A stretch of DNA of 64,000 bases, from positions 960,001-1,024,000 of the forward strand of contig CP136572.1 in the NCBI GenBank assembly GCA_035193785.1, written 5' to 3'. The DNA is from Planktothrix sp. GU0601_MAG3 (GTDB lineage: Bacteria > Cyanobacteriota > Cyanobacteriia > Cyanobacteriales > Microcoleaceae). The position numbers and the translations under genes were made by a program. Every line of letters begins with the position of its first letter. Position 1 is the stretch's first letter. Positions 1 to 12,739 of the stretch are shown piece after piece. Under the pieces are notes generated by a model, which saw only the letters and a program-made list of their open reading frames with translations, was not told the origin of the DNA and made no database searches.

Positions 1-1183
1 AATACCCATCAAATTCTCGATGTAAATATAAAATTGGCAATGCCCAATATAGCTGATGAGAACCATAGGCAGAAATCAATCCCTGTCTGGCTCTACTTAA
101 ACTTAAATCAATCGGATAACCCTGATTAAGATTTCTATATAATAACCGCGTTAAGGTCAATGCCACATCATCGGGAATACGTTCCGCCATGGCTAATACC
201 CCTGGAATACCGCGCTTAACGGCATATTCAGCTAAATTTAATTGGGCAGTATCATCACTAACATTTTGTACATTTTGATATGCTCCCCGACAGGAATTTA
301 ATACCACCATTTGCACGCCATTATTAACTAATAATCCAGCTAAATCATCGCCATTTAGGGTTTCCGTTAATCCAGTTCGACGACTAACTAAATATAATTC
401 CCCCCCGGATGTCCCTAAATTGCTATGTCCGGCATAATGAAAAACTTGATATTGTCCTTGTTCTAGGGCTTGGGTAAGTTGTTCTCGGTCGGGTTGTTCT
501 AAAATAGTTAGTTGAATATCGGGGGTTGGGGGTTTGACAAAATTGCCATTACTCCGTCTATTTTCCCGTCGCAATTCTTCCTGTAAATGCAATGCTTCCC
601 GCTTTAGTTGTAGCGTTTCTTGGTCGGTGGGTGCGGCAATAGCAATTAAAATTTTTAAAGGTTGATTTGGTTTTCTAAGTTGGGTTTGAGGAATAGAATT
701 CATCCCCGGTTGGTAACGGGAAAAAACCACATCTGTTCCCGTCGCTATCGGACGATCTCCAGCGTGTAAAACTTCCCAAGGTAAACTCGATAACCGTTTG
801 CCTTTTACGCCTAAGCGTAATTGTAATAATTCTTGACGATTTTGGGCGATCGCTTGGGCACAAGTCCAACTATCGTGTAACGTTCCTTGAAATAAGCCAT
901 GATAAAGCTGTTGACCCAATTCGACTAAACTTAACAAAGGCGGATCACTGGCGGGTTGAGTTTCGATTGTTTGGCCCAAACCCCGAGAACGACGAACTGT
1001 TTGGCCCTCCAATAGACCTAACAGGGGATCATTCATTAATTGACGAGCCTGGGCTAACCATTCGTCCACGGGCCATTTAACTTGTTCTTCGGCTAGAGGA
1101 ACACCGGAGGCGACTTTTTCAGTTCGCACCAAATATTCATTATCTCCAACCGGGGTAACGGAAATATGGAATTCCTGAGTCAT
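1..1183 (-). CDS. hetF: HetF-like CHAT (caspase-HetF) domain protease; runs off the left edge
   Basis: Manual translation from ATG at 1183: MTQEFHISVTPVGDNEYLVRTEKVASGVPLAEEQVKWP..., then LPWEVLH, YQVFHYAGHS and VVLNSCRGA (CHAT His/Cys dyad). Absent from the ORF track because there is no stop in the window. Confidence 0.85.
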   Translation of the reverse strand, partial: MTQEFHISVTPVGDNEYLVRTEKVASGVPLAEEQVKWPVDEWLAQARQLMNDPLLGLLEGQTVRRSRGLGQTIETQPASDPPLLSLVELGQQLYHGLFQGTLHDSWTCAQAIAQNRQELLQLRLGVKGKRLSSLPWEVLHAGDRPIATGTDVVFSRYQPGMNSIPQTQLRKPNQPLKILIAIAAPTDQETLQLKREALHLQEELRRENRRSNGNFVKPPTPDIQLTILEQPDREQLTQALEQGQYQVFHYAGHSNLGTSGGELYLVSRRTGLTETLNGDDLAGLLVNNGVQMVVLNSCRGAYQNVQNVSDDTAQLNLAEYAVKRGIPGVLAMAERIPDDVALTLTRLLYRNLNQGYPIDLSLSRARQGLISAYGSHQLYWALPILYLHREFDGY

Positions 1184-1247
1184 AAGCATCTATGACGGAA
1201 ATGTAACTATTTTGCTCCTAAGTCCAGGGTAACTAATATTCGGCAAA

Positions 1248-1365
1248 GTAGTAAGCCCTTCAGGGCTTAATCCCCAAAACCTAACACTAATAAATTTAAT
1301 TTATTGTTATTGGTGTTAGATGTTGCTGCTAAGTCTGGGGAAGAAAGCCCGGTCGGGCTTACTAC
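1248..1365. repeat. Inverted pair of GTAG-headed REP-like elements (GTAGTAAGCCCTTCAGGGCTT family)
   Basis: Copies at 1248-1268 and inverted at 1345-1365; others at 2569, 3597, 3632, 3685 (inverted), 11307 and 37359 (inverted). Confidence 0.8.
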
Positions 1366-1381
1366 TTATGGCAAAAATTCC

Positions 1382-1576
1382 CTATTCTACGGTATGACCA
1401 ACGGCGGCGATCGCTTCTTTAATTGCGGTTTCCGAGGGTGTACCGTTAATATTCACTATCTTTGTTTCCAAATTAATTGTAATATCAGCCCCAGCGTCCA
1501 AAGATTTAATCGCCTTAGTAACAGTATTGGCACAGGCTTGACAAACCATGGAAGTAACTTTGATTTCAACGGTCAT
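1382..1576 (-). CDS. Heavy-metal-associated domain copper chaperone (CopZ/Atx1-like)
   Basis: 64 aa with MVCQAC (MxCxxC) motif. Confidence 0.85.
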   Translation of the reverse strand: MTVEIKVTSMVCQACANTVTKAIKSLDAGADITINLETKIVNINGTPSETAIKEAIAAVGHTVE

Positions 1577-1776
1577 GGGTTTTGGTAGTAATCGACAGTT
1601 CTAATGATTAACTTGCTCTACCATGAAAAATATTAAATGTCAAGTCAATTCAGGATAATCGTTGACGATCTGTTGTTGGTTAACACCTCAACACCGGGGA
1701 CATGGGTGTTAATTGTTAAAATCTATTAAGATAGAGGCAGGATAATATTGTTTCAGAAGTTAAGAGTAACCCTTCT

Positions 1777-2341
1777 ATGACCTTACAAGTTTTAGTTGAA
1801 AAGAAAAAGTTAGAAAAACCTCCCTTTGAGATTCACTATTTAGGCGATCGCGCCTTGAGAAACCCCAGCCAAAAGAGTTTCCCGCATTGATGATGAAATT
1901 CGCCAACTGGTGCGGGAGATGTTACAAACCATGTATAGTGCTGATGGTATTGGTTTAGCCGCGCCCCAAGTCGGCGTGAATAAACAGGTGATTGTGATTG
2001 ACTGCGAACCGGATAATGCGGCTAACCCCCCTTTAGTCCTGATTAACCCGACTATTGTTAAATCCAGTAAGGAAATTTCACCGTTTCAAGAAGGGTGTTT
2101 GAGTATTCCGGGGGTTTATATGGATGTGACTCGCCCGGAAGTCGTGGAAGTGTCTTTTAAAGACGAAAATGGCAGACCGCGCACCCTGAAAGCCACGGAA
2201 TTATTAGGTCGGGCCATTCAACATGAAATGGATCATTTGAATGGGGTTTTATTTGTGGATCGAGTGGAGAATAAATTGGCTTTAAATGAAGAATTAGCCA
2301 AGCATAAATTCTCACCTAAAGCTGTTAAATCTGTTAAATAA
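1777..2341 (+). CDS. def: Peptide deformylase (apparent +1 frameshift at GAAAC 1859-1863)
   Basis: GIGLAAPQVG, EGCLS and QHEMDHL motifs; N-terminus MTLQVLVEKKKLEKPP lies in another frame. Confidence 0.95.
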
Positions 2342-2357
2342 TATAGGATAATTCAAG

Positions 2358-2561
2358 ATGGTCGGTACTCCCAAAAGTATGGTTTTTTTATTAGGGTCTT
2401 GTGTAGCTGCGATCGCTTCCGTGGGTTCGGTTTTTGAACTATCCTCGGGAAATCCACAATTGGGAGGTTTAACCACCAGTGTGATTTTAGCCTTGAGTAT
2501 TCCTTTAGGTGTGTTCCTATTTTTTGCCGCCGTTAAAGATGCTCAAATGAATCAAGAATAA
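2358..2561 (+). CDS. Small two-TM hypothetical membrane protein
   Basis: 67-aa ORF with two hydrophobic segments, directly after def. Confidence 0.7.
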   Translation: MVGTPKSMVFLLGSCVAAIASVGSVFELSSGNPQLGGLTTSVILALSIPLGVFLFFAAVKDAQMNQE

Positions 2562-2661
2562 ACCTCTAGTAGTGAGCCCTTCAGGGCTTACTATTAGGGG
2601 TCGTGGCTAAGACATGGGGGAGGACGGAACAATTGGGCTTTTTGACAATAGGTAGAGGTAA

Positions 2662-3600
2662 ATGCAGATTACATTTTTAGGTACTAGCTCGGGGGTTCCC
2701 ACGCGATCGCGTAATGTTTCCAGTATAGCTATGCGTTTACCGCAACGGGCTGAAATTTGGCTGTTTGACTGTGGAGAGGGGACGCAGCACCAATTCCTCC
2801 GCAGTGATTTAAAAATCAGTCAAATTAGCCGAATTTTTGTTACCCATCTACACGGCGATCATATTTTTGGGTTAATGGGGTTATTAGCCAGTTGTGGGTT
2901 AGCGGGAAATCCCAAACGGATTGATATTTATGGGCCATCGGGATTATCCGAATATTTACAGGGCTGTGTGCGCTATTCCCAAACCCATTTTTCCTATCCG
3001 GTTAAAGTTCATACTGTTGAACCTGGAATGATTTTTGAAGATGAAGAATATCAAGTGGTTTGTGGGCTATTGAAACATCGAGTCCCAGCCTTTGGTTATC
3101 GAATTATTGAAAAAGATAAACCCGGACGATTTGATGTGGAAATGGCTCAAAAATTAGGGATTCCCCCGGGGCCAATTTATGCCCAACTCAAACAGGGACA
3201 GGCTGTTACCCTAGCCAATGGTCAAGTAATTCGGGGTAAGGAATTATGTGGCGAAGCCCAAGTGGGTCGTAAATTCGTCTATTGTACCGATACGGTATTT
3301 TGTGAAGGGGCGGTAGAATTAGCGGAAAATGCAGATGTTTTAGTTCATGAAGCCACCTTCTCCCATCAAGATGCAGAAATGGCTTTTCAAAGATTACATT
3401 CTACCTCCACCATGGCGGCACAGGTCGCACTCGCCGCCGGAGTCAAACAATTAATTATGACCCATTTTAGCCCCCGTTACGCCCCCGGAAATTCAATTAT
3501 TTTAGAGGATTTATTAACGGAAGCCAGAGCCATTTTTCCCCATACAGACATGGCTTATGATTTCCTCACCCATACAATTCCCCGTCGTCCCTCCCCGTAG
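2662..3600 (+). CDS. rnz: Ribonuclease Z
   Basis: FLGTSSG, THLHGDH, HEAT and HST motifs. Confidence 0.95.
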   Translation: MQITFLGTSSGVPTRSRNVSSIAMRLPQRAEIWLFDCGEGTQHQFLRSDLKISQISRIFVTHLHGDHIFGLMGLLASCGLAGNPKRIDIYGPSGLSEYLQGCVRYSQTHFSYPVKVHTVEPGMIFEDEEYQVVCGLLKHRVPAFGYRIIEKDKPGRFDVEMAQKLGIPPGPIYAQLKQGQAVTLANGQVIRGKELCGEAQVGRKFVYCTDTVFCEGAVELAENADVLVHEATFSHQDAEMAFQRLHSTSTMAAQVALAAGVKQLIMTHFSPRYAPGNSIILEDLLTEARAIFPHTDMAYDFLTHTIPRRPSP

Positions 3601-3705
3601 TAAGCCCTTCAGGGCTTTCTTTCCTTCCCCCCGTAGTAAGCCCTTCAGGGCTGTCTTTCCTTCCCCAGTTTTTGGAATAAGAATGAGTCCTGAAGGACTC
3701 ACTAC
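3597..3705. repeat. REP cluster: two direct copies 35 bp apart plus one inverted copy
   Basis: GTAGTAAGCCCTTCAGGGCT twice, then GAGTCCTGAAGGACTCACTAC. Confidence 0.85.
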
Positions 3706-3877
3706 GCAATACTGAACTTTTCTATCCTTTTTTATTCTAACTGGCATCAAATGGGTTTTCTTCAGTCACAGAGAGGGTTTCAGAACTCCTGAACTTATCC
3801 CTATCGACAGTTTAACGGATATCGAACACACTTGAACTATAGATAGATGATATAGGATTCCCCCAGGAGGTAAGACC

Positions 3878-4282
3878 ATGATTAGAACTATTTTAGTCGT
3901 TGAAGATAATCTTGTTAACTGGAAAGTCTTTGAGCGGATTTTAACCAGACGAGGCGGGTTACTAGCAAAACATACTGAAGATGTGGAAACCGTCATGGAA
4001 ATGGCCGCCAACAAACAAGCAGATCTAATTTTAATGGATGTGTCTTTAACCAATAGTTATTATCAAGGAAAAGCCGTTGATGGGGTGACAATTACCCAAA
4101 TGTTAAAAGCGAACCCCGCCACCGCTCAACTTCCAGTTATTTTAGTTACCGCCCATGCGACCACGGGCGATCGCGAAAACCTTTTAGCGCGTAGTGGCGC
4201 CGATGATTATATTCCCAAACCAGTAGTTGATCATAAATCTTTTGTTGAACAAATTAAATCCAGACTCCCCGTAGATCAATGA
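3878..4282 (+). CDS. Single-domain response regulator (DivK/CheY-like)
   Basis: LVVEDN, ILMDV, VTAHA and YIPKP receiver motifs. Confidence 0.9.
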   Translation: MIRTILVVEDNLVNWKVFERILTRRGGLLAKHTEDVETVMEMAANKQADLILMDVSLTNSYYQGKAVDGVTITQMLKANPATAQLPVILVTAHATTGDRENLLARSGADDYIPKPVVDHKSFVEQIKSRLPVDQ

Positions 4283-4558
4283 AAAAGCATAATTTTACTA
4301 CCTCAAACTTCGTCAAAAATTATGCTTTTACCAGAGTGCATTATCCTTTAACAATAGGCCATAAACCAGGGAATATTCCGTGAACATTTAGTTAAAAATA
4401 AGCTCTTTGAGAGAAATCCGAAAAGGATTGCCTTTATATTCAATAAACCATTTATTTACCGTCGGTTCCTGATTTAGTTAAATTTATTGAACAAGGTGGA
4501 AAAACTCCTTTATAATAATGTGTTGATGGCAACAAATTTAATGAGGAGTTTAATTAGA

Positions 4559-5344
4559 GTGCAAATTGCGACGTGGAATGTTAATTCAATTAGAACCAGG
4601 AAAGATCAGGTATTACAATGGTTACAAACCAATGAAATTGATATTCTTTGTTTACAGGAAACCAAAGTAATTGATCAGGATTTCCCCCGTTCTGGTTTTG
4701 AAGAATTGGGTTATAATATTTATATTTATGGTCAAAAAGCCTATAACGGGGTCGCAATTTTTAGTAAAACTCCCCTAGAAGCTGTCCATTTGGGATTTTC
4801 GGGGATTTTAAATACTGAACCCTCTCAAAAATTTGATGAGCAAAAACGAGTTTTAACCGGAATTATTGATGGAATTACTATAGTTAATTTATACGTTCCC
4901 AATGGTTCCAGTATTGACAGCGACAAATATCACTATAAATTAAACTGGTTAAACTATCTCAAAGAATATTTAAAAATTCTGTTAAATCAAACTGAAAAGA
5001 TTTGTATTTGTGGGGATTTTAATATTGCTTTAGAAGATATTGATATTCATAACCCCAAGGGTCGAGAAACCCATATTATGGCGAGTGATGCTGAACGTCA
5101 GGCCTTAGAATCAATATTAGAATTAGGCTTTAAAGACGCCTTTCGCAAGTTCACCACCGAAGGGGGACAATTTAGTTGGTGGGACTATCGCCAAGGCTCC
5201 TTCCGACGCAATACCGGATGGCGCATTGATACCCATTATTTGACCTTACCCCTGTATGAAGTCGCCAGTAGTTCCATCATCGATAAAACCCCTAGAACCT
5301 GGGAACAACCGAGCGATCACACCCCGGTTATTATAACTCTCTAG
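4559..5344 (+). CDS. xth: Exodeoxyribonuclease III
   Basis: IATWNVNS, LQETK, YVPNG, GDFN and SDH motifs; GTG start after GAGGAG. Confidence 0.93.
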   Translation: MQIATWNVNSIRTRKDQVLQWLQTNEIDILCLQETKVIDQDFPRSGFEELGYNIYIYGQKAYNGVAIFSKTPLEAVHLGFSGILNTEPSQKFDEQKRVLTGIIDGITIVNLYVPNGSSIDSDKYHYKLNWLNYLKEYLKILLNQTEKICICGDFNIALEDIDIHNPKGRETHIMASDAERQALESILELGFKDAFRKFTTEGGQFSWWDYRQGSFRRNTGWRIDTHYLTLPLYEVASSSIIDKTPRTWEQPSDHTPVIITL

Positions 5345-5438
5345 TCCCCTTTCTCAACTTTCTGGAGAAAAATATTTAGTAAAGGGCACAAATAGGGTAT
5401 GATAATAGTTTGTGCAAAATCTTCATTAATCTAGGCTC

Positions 5439-5618
5439 ATGGCTGTACCCAAGAAGAAAATGTCCAGGTCGAGACGCGATATGCGCAAGGCGACTTGGAA
5501 GCGGAAAGCAAGACTGCAAGCTGAAAAAGCGTTATCCCTCGGTAAGTCTGTTCTCACAGGTCGTTCTACAGGATTTTACTATCCCACTAACGACCAAGAA
5601 GAAGGCGACGAAGAATAA
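5439..5618 (+). CDS. rpmF: 50S ribosomal protein L32
   Basis: Manual translation [59 protein letters not shown]; 59 aa, below the ORF-track cutoff. Confidence 0.95.
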   Translation: MAVPKKKMSRSRRDMRKATWKRKARLQAEKALSLGKSVLTGRSTGFYYPTNDQEEGDEE

Positions 5619-5806
5619 ACGATTGGACTGTGCGAAACTACATAAAGATAGGGGCGAGAAAGCCTCTCTGTTCGGGAGAGGAAAACTCGCCTTTATTGTT
5701 TGGAGATTTAGACATTAATAAAACCCATATTCCGCACCATAAAATGTAATAAATTATTATTCAAAAATTTCTCTCTGGTGAACACCCTTAACCAATAATA
5801 TATTAA

Positions 5807-7010
5807 TTACATTTTGTCGGGCGAAATTTGGGCTGTGGCTTCACTGTTACGGTAGTTGAAAGCCAGGTCGAGAATTTTAGCCCAACGTTTTTGGACTTGT
5901 TTGGGAGTGCATTTGAGGATAGAGGCGATCGCTTTATCCGTTTCTTCTTGGTCTTTGAGTTGTAATAACTGTTGCTGATCGACGGATAATTGGGCTTGGA
6001 AAGCTTGCCATTGTTCGCCCGTCATCCCCAATTTTTGGTTAATATCGGCCCCTAACCATTCATGCACAAGTTTCCAGTTGTTAGACCGGGCAAATTTTTC
6101 GACGTGGTATTTAAACCGTTGTTGCAGATAGTCCCGTTCCCGGGCGGTTAACCCCAGGGCTTTATCAATATCGCAGGCTTGGAGATCTTGCATTTTCAGC
6201 TTTAAATATCTGACACAATCGGTTTGTCCTTGGGATTCTAAATATTGAATCAGTTCATTAATTACCCGATCTCGTAATACACTTTCTGCGGGATCAACGG
6301 TTTCAGAAACCATTTTTTCCCGAATTTGCTGCATTGCAGATGTCCGACTTTGGGCTTCGGCTTCTTCGGTTTTGCCACCTTCAACGGCTAATTCAATATC
6401 CATAGAGGTTTCAGGGGGTTGACCTTTAGCAAACCCTTGGGCGCGTAACACAATTAACCGTTGACGGTTACGACCGGGTAAACCGATCTGACGTTTGGCA
6501 TACTGTTCACTAAAGGCCATATATTCCGCTAATTCTAAACGGGTATGGGGGGTATAGTTAGCTTCCAGGGCGTGTTTCCCGACGAAAAGCCCGCAGGGAT
6601 TCGACATAAAATCCTTGTAAAAAGTCTTCAATTAAGTTGTAACGGGCTTGGAAGCTCAACTGAGACTCAAAGGAAGCAACGTGACGGTAGACCATGGCCG
6701 CGAGGTGAGAGTGGAGTTCTACCCGACCTTGACGAGAGCCTAGTTTGTAATACTCTAAGCACTTTTGCAAGCGGTGACGGGCTAAACTTAACTGCCAGGT
6801 TTGCACATCGCCGGAGGTTTGAATCCGGTTGCTTTTTTCACAAATGCGTTCTACTTCCAGGGCCATCCGTAGCGTCACTGTCCGACCACTGGCGGGAAGG
6901 GTTTTAACGGTTGTTTGTAATTCTTGTAATAAAAGTTGAGCTAGGGCTTGGGGATTAATAGAATTAAGAGTAACTTCAGAATCTTGAATTAAAATATCTT
7001 GTGCAAACAT
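5807..7010 (-). CDS. HetZ-related protein (apparent frameshift at GTTTC 6574-6578)
   Basis: EVERICEKS, YYKLGSRQGRVELHS, LIEDFLQGFY and RERDYLQQRFKYHVEKF resemble the HetZ family; split across two ORFs. Confidence 0.8.
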
Positions 7011-7343
7011 GATGGTTTTCCTTGGGTAAAGCACTGTGTACAGGAGGGGAGAGTTAAAGGCGGTTTGGTATTTCCTGATTCAACTCTCTACACTTTGAAT
7101 AGTAGAAGCAGCCCCTTTGGAGTAGTGACATCAATGTTCCACTCTCTGATGTAACTGATTAGGTGCGGTGGGTTTATCCTCTACATCCAGCCCTTGTGCA
7201 TTACCCTAAAAGCCTTATTCAATCGGTCTTACAACCCTATTTTATTTCCCCTGATCACAGCGAGTTTTTCCCGGGGTTGCCGATATTATCCCTAGACCAG
7301 TTTCACAATTGGCTATAGATTGTCCTACTTCTAACATCAAGCG

Positions 7344-7371
7344 GTAGGGGCGAATGGCCATTCGCCCCTAC
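7344..7371. repeat. REP-like palindrome GTAGGGGCGAATGGCCATTCGCCCCTAC
   Basis: Perfect 28-bp palindrome; identical copy at 54077-54104. Confidence 0.9.
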
Positions 7372-7412
7372 TTGATTTAAACTTCCAGTTTTACACAAAG
7401 TTAATCTTTTTA

Positions 7413-7563
7413 TATAGCAATCCTAAATCAGTTGTACAAATAGCTGGAAATCCAAATAATCGTAGGGGCGAGGCGCGCCTCGCCCCTACACCGAATTTGT
7501 GTCCATTTTTTAGGGTTAATAATTTTGATCATTATTTTGTACAATTCATTTAGACTTGCTATA
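7413..7563. mobile_element. MITE with TATAGC ends (IS630-like) carrying a REP palindrome at 7462-7489
   Basis: Imperfect TIRs TATAGCAATCCTAAATCAGTTGTACAAA / TTTGTACAATTCATTTAGACTTGCTATA; no ORF. Confidence 0.75.
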
Positions 7564-7565
7564 TA

Positions 7566-8685
<1,120 letters not shown>

Positions 8686-8722
8686 TTATAGGGATCTGAA
8701 CAATTGCCAAAAATATCGATTC

Positions 8723-9451
8723 TTAGCTCCGATTTGCCTGGAAATAATAATAAGTTGCCATCGGCACCACCGTTGCAACGATTAACAAGACCACTACTAT
8801 AATTGTAGCACTGGTATCGTCAGTTTCTTCGGCTGATTTAAAGGTGCTTTCCACACTAATATTATCCTGTTCTAGGGGCGGGCCAGGATCGGGTTCTCCC
8901 GATAAAACCGTAGAGATGCGCTCACTGGCTGCAATAAACGCCTCGTTATATTTATCGCCTTTACGAAGCGGATATTTTAGGGTTTTTTCCACAACACTTT
9001 CAGCTATTTCATCGGTTAATAATGATTTAGTTTTTTCTCCTGTTTGGATTGCCGCATTATTCGTTAATAAATCCAAAACTAATAGGGTTTGATTGCTGGC
9101 AACTTCTGGAGTCGGAAACCATTTTTGAAAGACTTTTTCAGTAAAAGTTTCAATGGTTTCTCCATAATCTAAACGGCGAATGGTTAAAAATCGAACCTCG
9201 TATCCCGTTTTTTTGGCTAACTCGGATAAACTACTATTTAAGCGTCTTTCCGTAATCCGGCTGAGAACACCATCGAGTTCCACAACCCAAGTTTGATCCC
9301 CAGAGGACACAGTTGGAACTTGATAAACGCCCGTTGCTAAAGCTGGAGTTGCTGAAAATCCCAGGATTACCGTTAACAGGAGGGAAATTATGAATCCTGT
9401 TAATAAGTTCCCCCGATTTAATATTGTTTTAAGCCGTTGTATCATGGTCAA
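8723..9451 (-). CDS. psb32: TPM-domain thylakoid protein (Psb32/TLP18.3-like)
   Basis: Signal peptide ending PALA, ATGVYQVP, TPM-like core, C-terminal TM ending ATVVPMATYY. Confidence 0.8.
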   Translation of the reverse strand: MTMIQRLKTILNRGNLLTGFIISLLLTVILGFSATPALATGVYQVPTVSSGDQTWVVELDGVLSRITERRLNSSLSELAKKTGYEVRFLTIRRLDYGETIETFTEKVFQKWFPTPEVASNQTLLVLDLLTNNAAIQTGEKTKSLLTDEIAESVVEKTLKYPLRKGDKYNEAFIAASERISTVLSGEPDPGPPLEQDNISVESTFKSAEETDDTSATIIVVVLLIVATVVPMATYYYFQANRS

Positions 9452-9642
9452 AATTGATGATATAAGTACAGGGTTCGGTGATACTAACTATACAAGATCC
9501 TGGGGGTGAGTTGACGGTTGAACGGTTGACGATTCAGATGGGTGAAAAATGGCATCTGCGAAAACCAATATCCCCAACCTATTGTCAATGCCACCGCAAC
9601 CATGAACAATCAACTTAGAACTGATCTCTCCCCTGTTACCTT

Positions 9643-11296
9643 ATGCCAAGTTTATTTGATGTTGAACATCTGAGGGTCGCCTATCCCCACTCCCGCCATG
9701 CTCAAATTTGGGCCGTTGATGATGTCTGCTTCTCCCTAGAGCCCGGAGAACGTCTGGGACTGGTGGGGGAGTCCGGTTGCGGAAAATCTACCATTGGGCG
9801 GGCGGTGATGCGGTTGTTACCCACGACCAGCGAAATTCAGGGACAGGTGCGGTTTGAAGGACAACCAGTGTTTGGGATGGATGAAAAACGGTTAAGACAG
9901 TTTCGGGGGGAGGCGGTGGCTTTGGTCTTTCAAGACCCCATGACTCGCCTTGACCCGTTGATGACCATTGGCGATCATTGTTTAGAAACTCTTAAAGCCC
10001 ATCGTCCTCAATTATCTAATTCCCAAGCTAAAAATAAAGCTTTAGAAGTATTAGAAGCGGTGAAAATTCCCGCTAACCGATGGTCACAATATCCCCATGA
10101 ATTTAGTGGGGGAATGCGTCAACGGGTAGCCATCGCTTTAGCCCTATTACTTGACCCGAAATTAATTGTAGCCGACGAACCGACCACCAGTTTAGATGTC
10201 ACGGTTTCGGCTCAAATTTTACAGGAATTAACTCGACTTTGTGAACAACGGGGAACGGCTATTTTATTGATTTCCCATGATTTAGCTATGGTGGGGGAAT
10301 ATTGTGATCGAATTGCGGTGATGTACCAAGGGAAAATGGTGGAAATGGGAGCCTCGGAAACGGTGTTTCAAGATCCTCAACATCCCTACACCCAATCTTT
10401 ATTAAAATCGGCTTTACACTTACAGGATATTAAAAATAAAGAAGTCAATCCGATTTCAGAAACCGCTCGATCTTCTGTCCAACCCTTATTATCAATTAAA
10501 GATTTACAACAATATTATACCTTAGAATCGGGATTTATTCAACAGATTTTTTCTAAGCAAAAAAAATCCGTAATTAAAGCTGTTGATGGGATTAATTTAG
10601 AGTTATATCCTGGGGAAATATTGGGTTTAGTGGGAGAATCGGGTTGTGGAAAAAGTACCCTCTCGCGGACAATTTTACAATTAATTCGGGCGACCCATGG
10701 AAGTGTAGAATTTTTGGGAACAGATTTAACTCAATTATCGACTCAACAGGTGCGAAAATATCGCCGTCAAATGCAAATGATCTTTCAAGATCCCCATGCT
10801 TGTTTGAATCCAATGATGACGGTGGGAGAAAGTATTGCTGACCCGCTTTTAATTCATAAATTAGCCACTCCAGAGGAGGCAAAAAACCAAGTTTTAGCGA
10901 TGTTAGAAACGGGTGGGATTAACACCAGCTACGGAATATTATCAACGGTATGGGGGGGAATTATCGGGGGGACAACAACAACGGGTAGCGATCGCTAGAG
11001 CCTTAATGACTCATCCAAAATTATTAATTTGTGATGAGCCCGTGAGTATGTTAGATGCCAGTGTTCAAGCCCAAGTTTTAGATTTAATGTTAGAATTAAA
11101 ACAAGAGTTTAATTTAACCTATTTATTTATTACCCATGATTTATGGGTAGCTCGGTTTTTATCCGATCGGATTGCGGTGATGAACGGCGGTAAAATTGTG
11201 GAATTAGGAGAAACAGAATCAATATTTACTAATCCCCAACATCCCTACACCCAAACCCTATTATCGGCTATTCCTTCCCTAGCAAAAACAATATAA
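9643..11296 (+). CDS. Oligopeptide/dipeptide ABC transporter, double ATP-binding domain (apparent frameshift at GAAAC 10906-10910)
   Basis: Two GESGCGKS Walker A motifs; SGGMRQR/SGGQQQR signatures; DEP motifs. Confidence 0.9.
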
Positions 11297-11358
11297 TAAT
11301 CACCGCGTAGTGAGCCCTTCAGGGCTCAATCATCTCTTTGTCAATCACCTAAATTGTT

Positions 11359-12504
11359 ATGAAAAAACTGGTTTTAATCGGTGGAGGACATAGCCATGCG
11401 ATCGCCTTAAAACAATTGGGAATTAATCCCTTATCAGATGTTGAATTAACATTAATTACGGATGTCATTCAAACCCCCTATTCAGGAATGTTACCCGGGT
11501 ATATTGCTGGGTTTTATAGTTTTGATCAATGTCATATTGATTTACCTTCCTTAGCTCAATTTGCTCAGGCTAAACTTTATATTGATTCAGCCATTGGTTT
11601 AGATTTAGAAAAAAATCTTGTTATCTGTAAAAATAATACTTCCATTCCCTTTGATATTCTATCTATTGATATTGGGAGCACTCCCACAACCTTAACTATT
11701 CCTGGGGCGATAAAATATACTATTCCTGTTAAACCCATTTCTCAATTTTTGCAATATTGGGATCAATTGATTAAAGAAATTAAGCAAAATCCCCAACAAA
11801 AAATTAGATTAGCCATTGTGGGTGGGGGTGCGGGAGGGGTTGAATTAGCTTTGAATATTCATAGCCATCTAACGCAAATTTATCAACAATTTAATCAACC
11901 TTTCAATCAGTTAGAATTACATCTGATTCATAGCGGTAATCGGCTATTATCTGAACGACATCCTCGTTTAAGTCAGAAGGTAGAAACTATTCTTGGAAAT
12001 CGCAATATTCATGTACACTTAAATCAAACTGTTAATCAAATTAATCAAAATCAGGTTAAAATAATTAGCTGTACATCGGGACTAACCCTAGAATGCGATC
12101 GCATTTTTTGGGTAACACAAGCATCAGCATCTCCTTGGTTACAACCCACAGGAATTGCAACCGATAACAGGGGATTTATTCTCGTTAATCATTACTTACA
12201 ATCTATTTCCCATCCCCAAGTTTTTGCCGCCGGAGATATCGCCACAATGGTTAATTATCCTCGACCAAAAGCCGGAGTTTTTGCAGTGCGTCAAGGTCAA
12301 CCTTTATTTGAGAATTTAAAACAAAGTTTACAAGAAAAACCCCTAAAACTCTTTATTCCTCAAAAAGAATTTTTAATTTTAATTGGGACAGGAGATCAAA
12401 AAGCGATCGCATCTAAAGGAAGGTTTAATCTTGGGCCTAATTTTTTATTTTGGCGATGGAAAGATTATATAGATCAAAAATTTATGAGACAGTTTAACCT
12501 TTAA
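11359..12504 (+). CDS. FAD-dependent pyridine nucleotide-disulfide oxidoreductase (SelD N-terminal-like, standalone)
   Basis: LVLIGGGHSH, VGGGAGGVE, FAAGD and PKAGVFAVRQG. Confidence 0.8.
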   Translation: MKKLVLIGGGHSHAIALKQLGINPLSDVELTLITDVIQTPYSGMLPGYIAGFYSFDQCHIDLPSLAQFAQAKLYIDSAIGLDLEKNLVICKNNTSIPFDILSIDIGSTPTTLTIPGAIKYTIPVKPISQFLQYWDQLIKEIKQNPQQKIRLAIVGGGAGGVELALNIHSHLTQIYQQFNQPFNQLELHLIHSGNRLLSERHPRLSQKVETILGNRNIHVHLNQTVNQINQNQVKIISCTSGLTLECDRIFWVTQASASPWLQPTGIATDNRGFILVNHYLQSISHPQVFAAGDIATMVNYPRPKAGVFAVRQGQPLFENLKQSLQEKPLKLFIPQKEFLILIGTGDQKAIASKGRFNLGPNFLFWRWKDYIDQKFMRQFNL

Positions 12505-12739
12505 TATCAAAGATTAACACTGATTATAAGCTGCGGGCACATCTAAATCAGGTATAGGATCATCGTCAAACTCTTGTATTGCTAGAATATACAGTTTAAC
12601 TGCCTAATATCTTAAAATAAAAAAAATAAAAATTAAATTATAATAATGATACTAAATTACCACAAACTTTATGATATATTAACAGTAAGGTAAAAAAAAT
12701 ATGACAATAAATTGACAATAGAGTGAGGTAAACGCCAGA

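Noticed and set aside
5410..5718. 102-aa ORF in the track
   Set aside because: Alternative frame over the real rpmF gene at 5439-5618.
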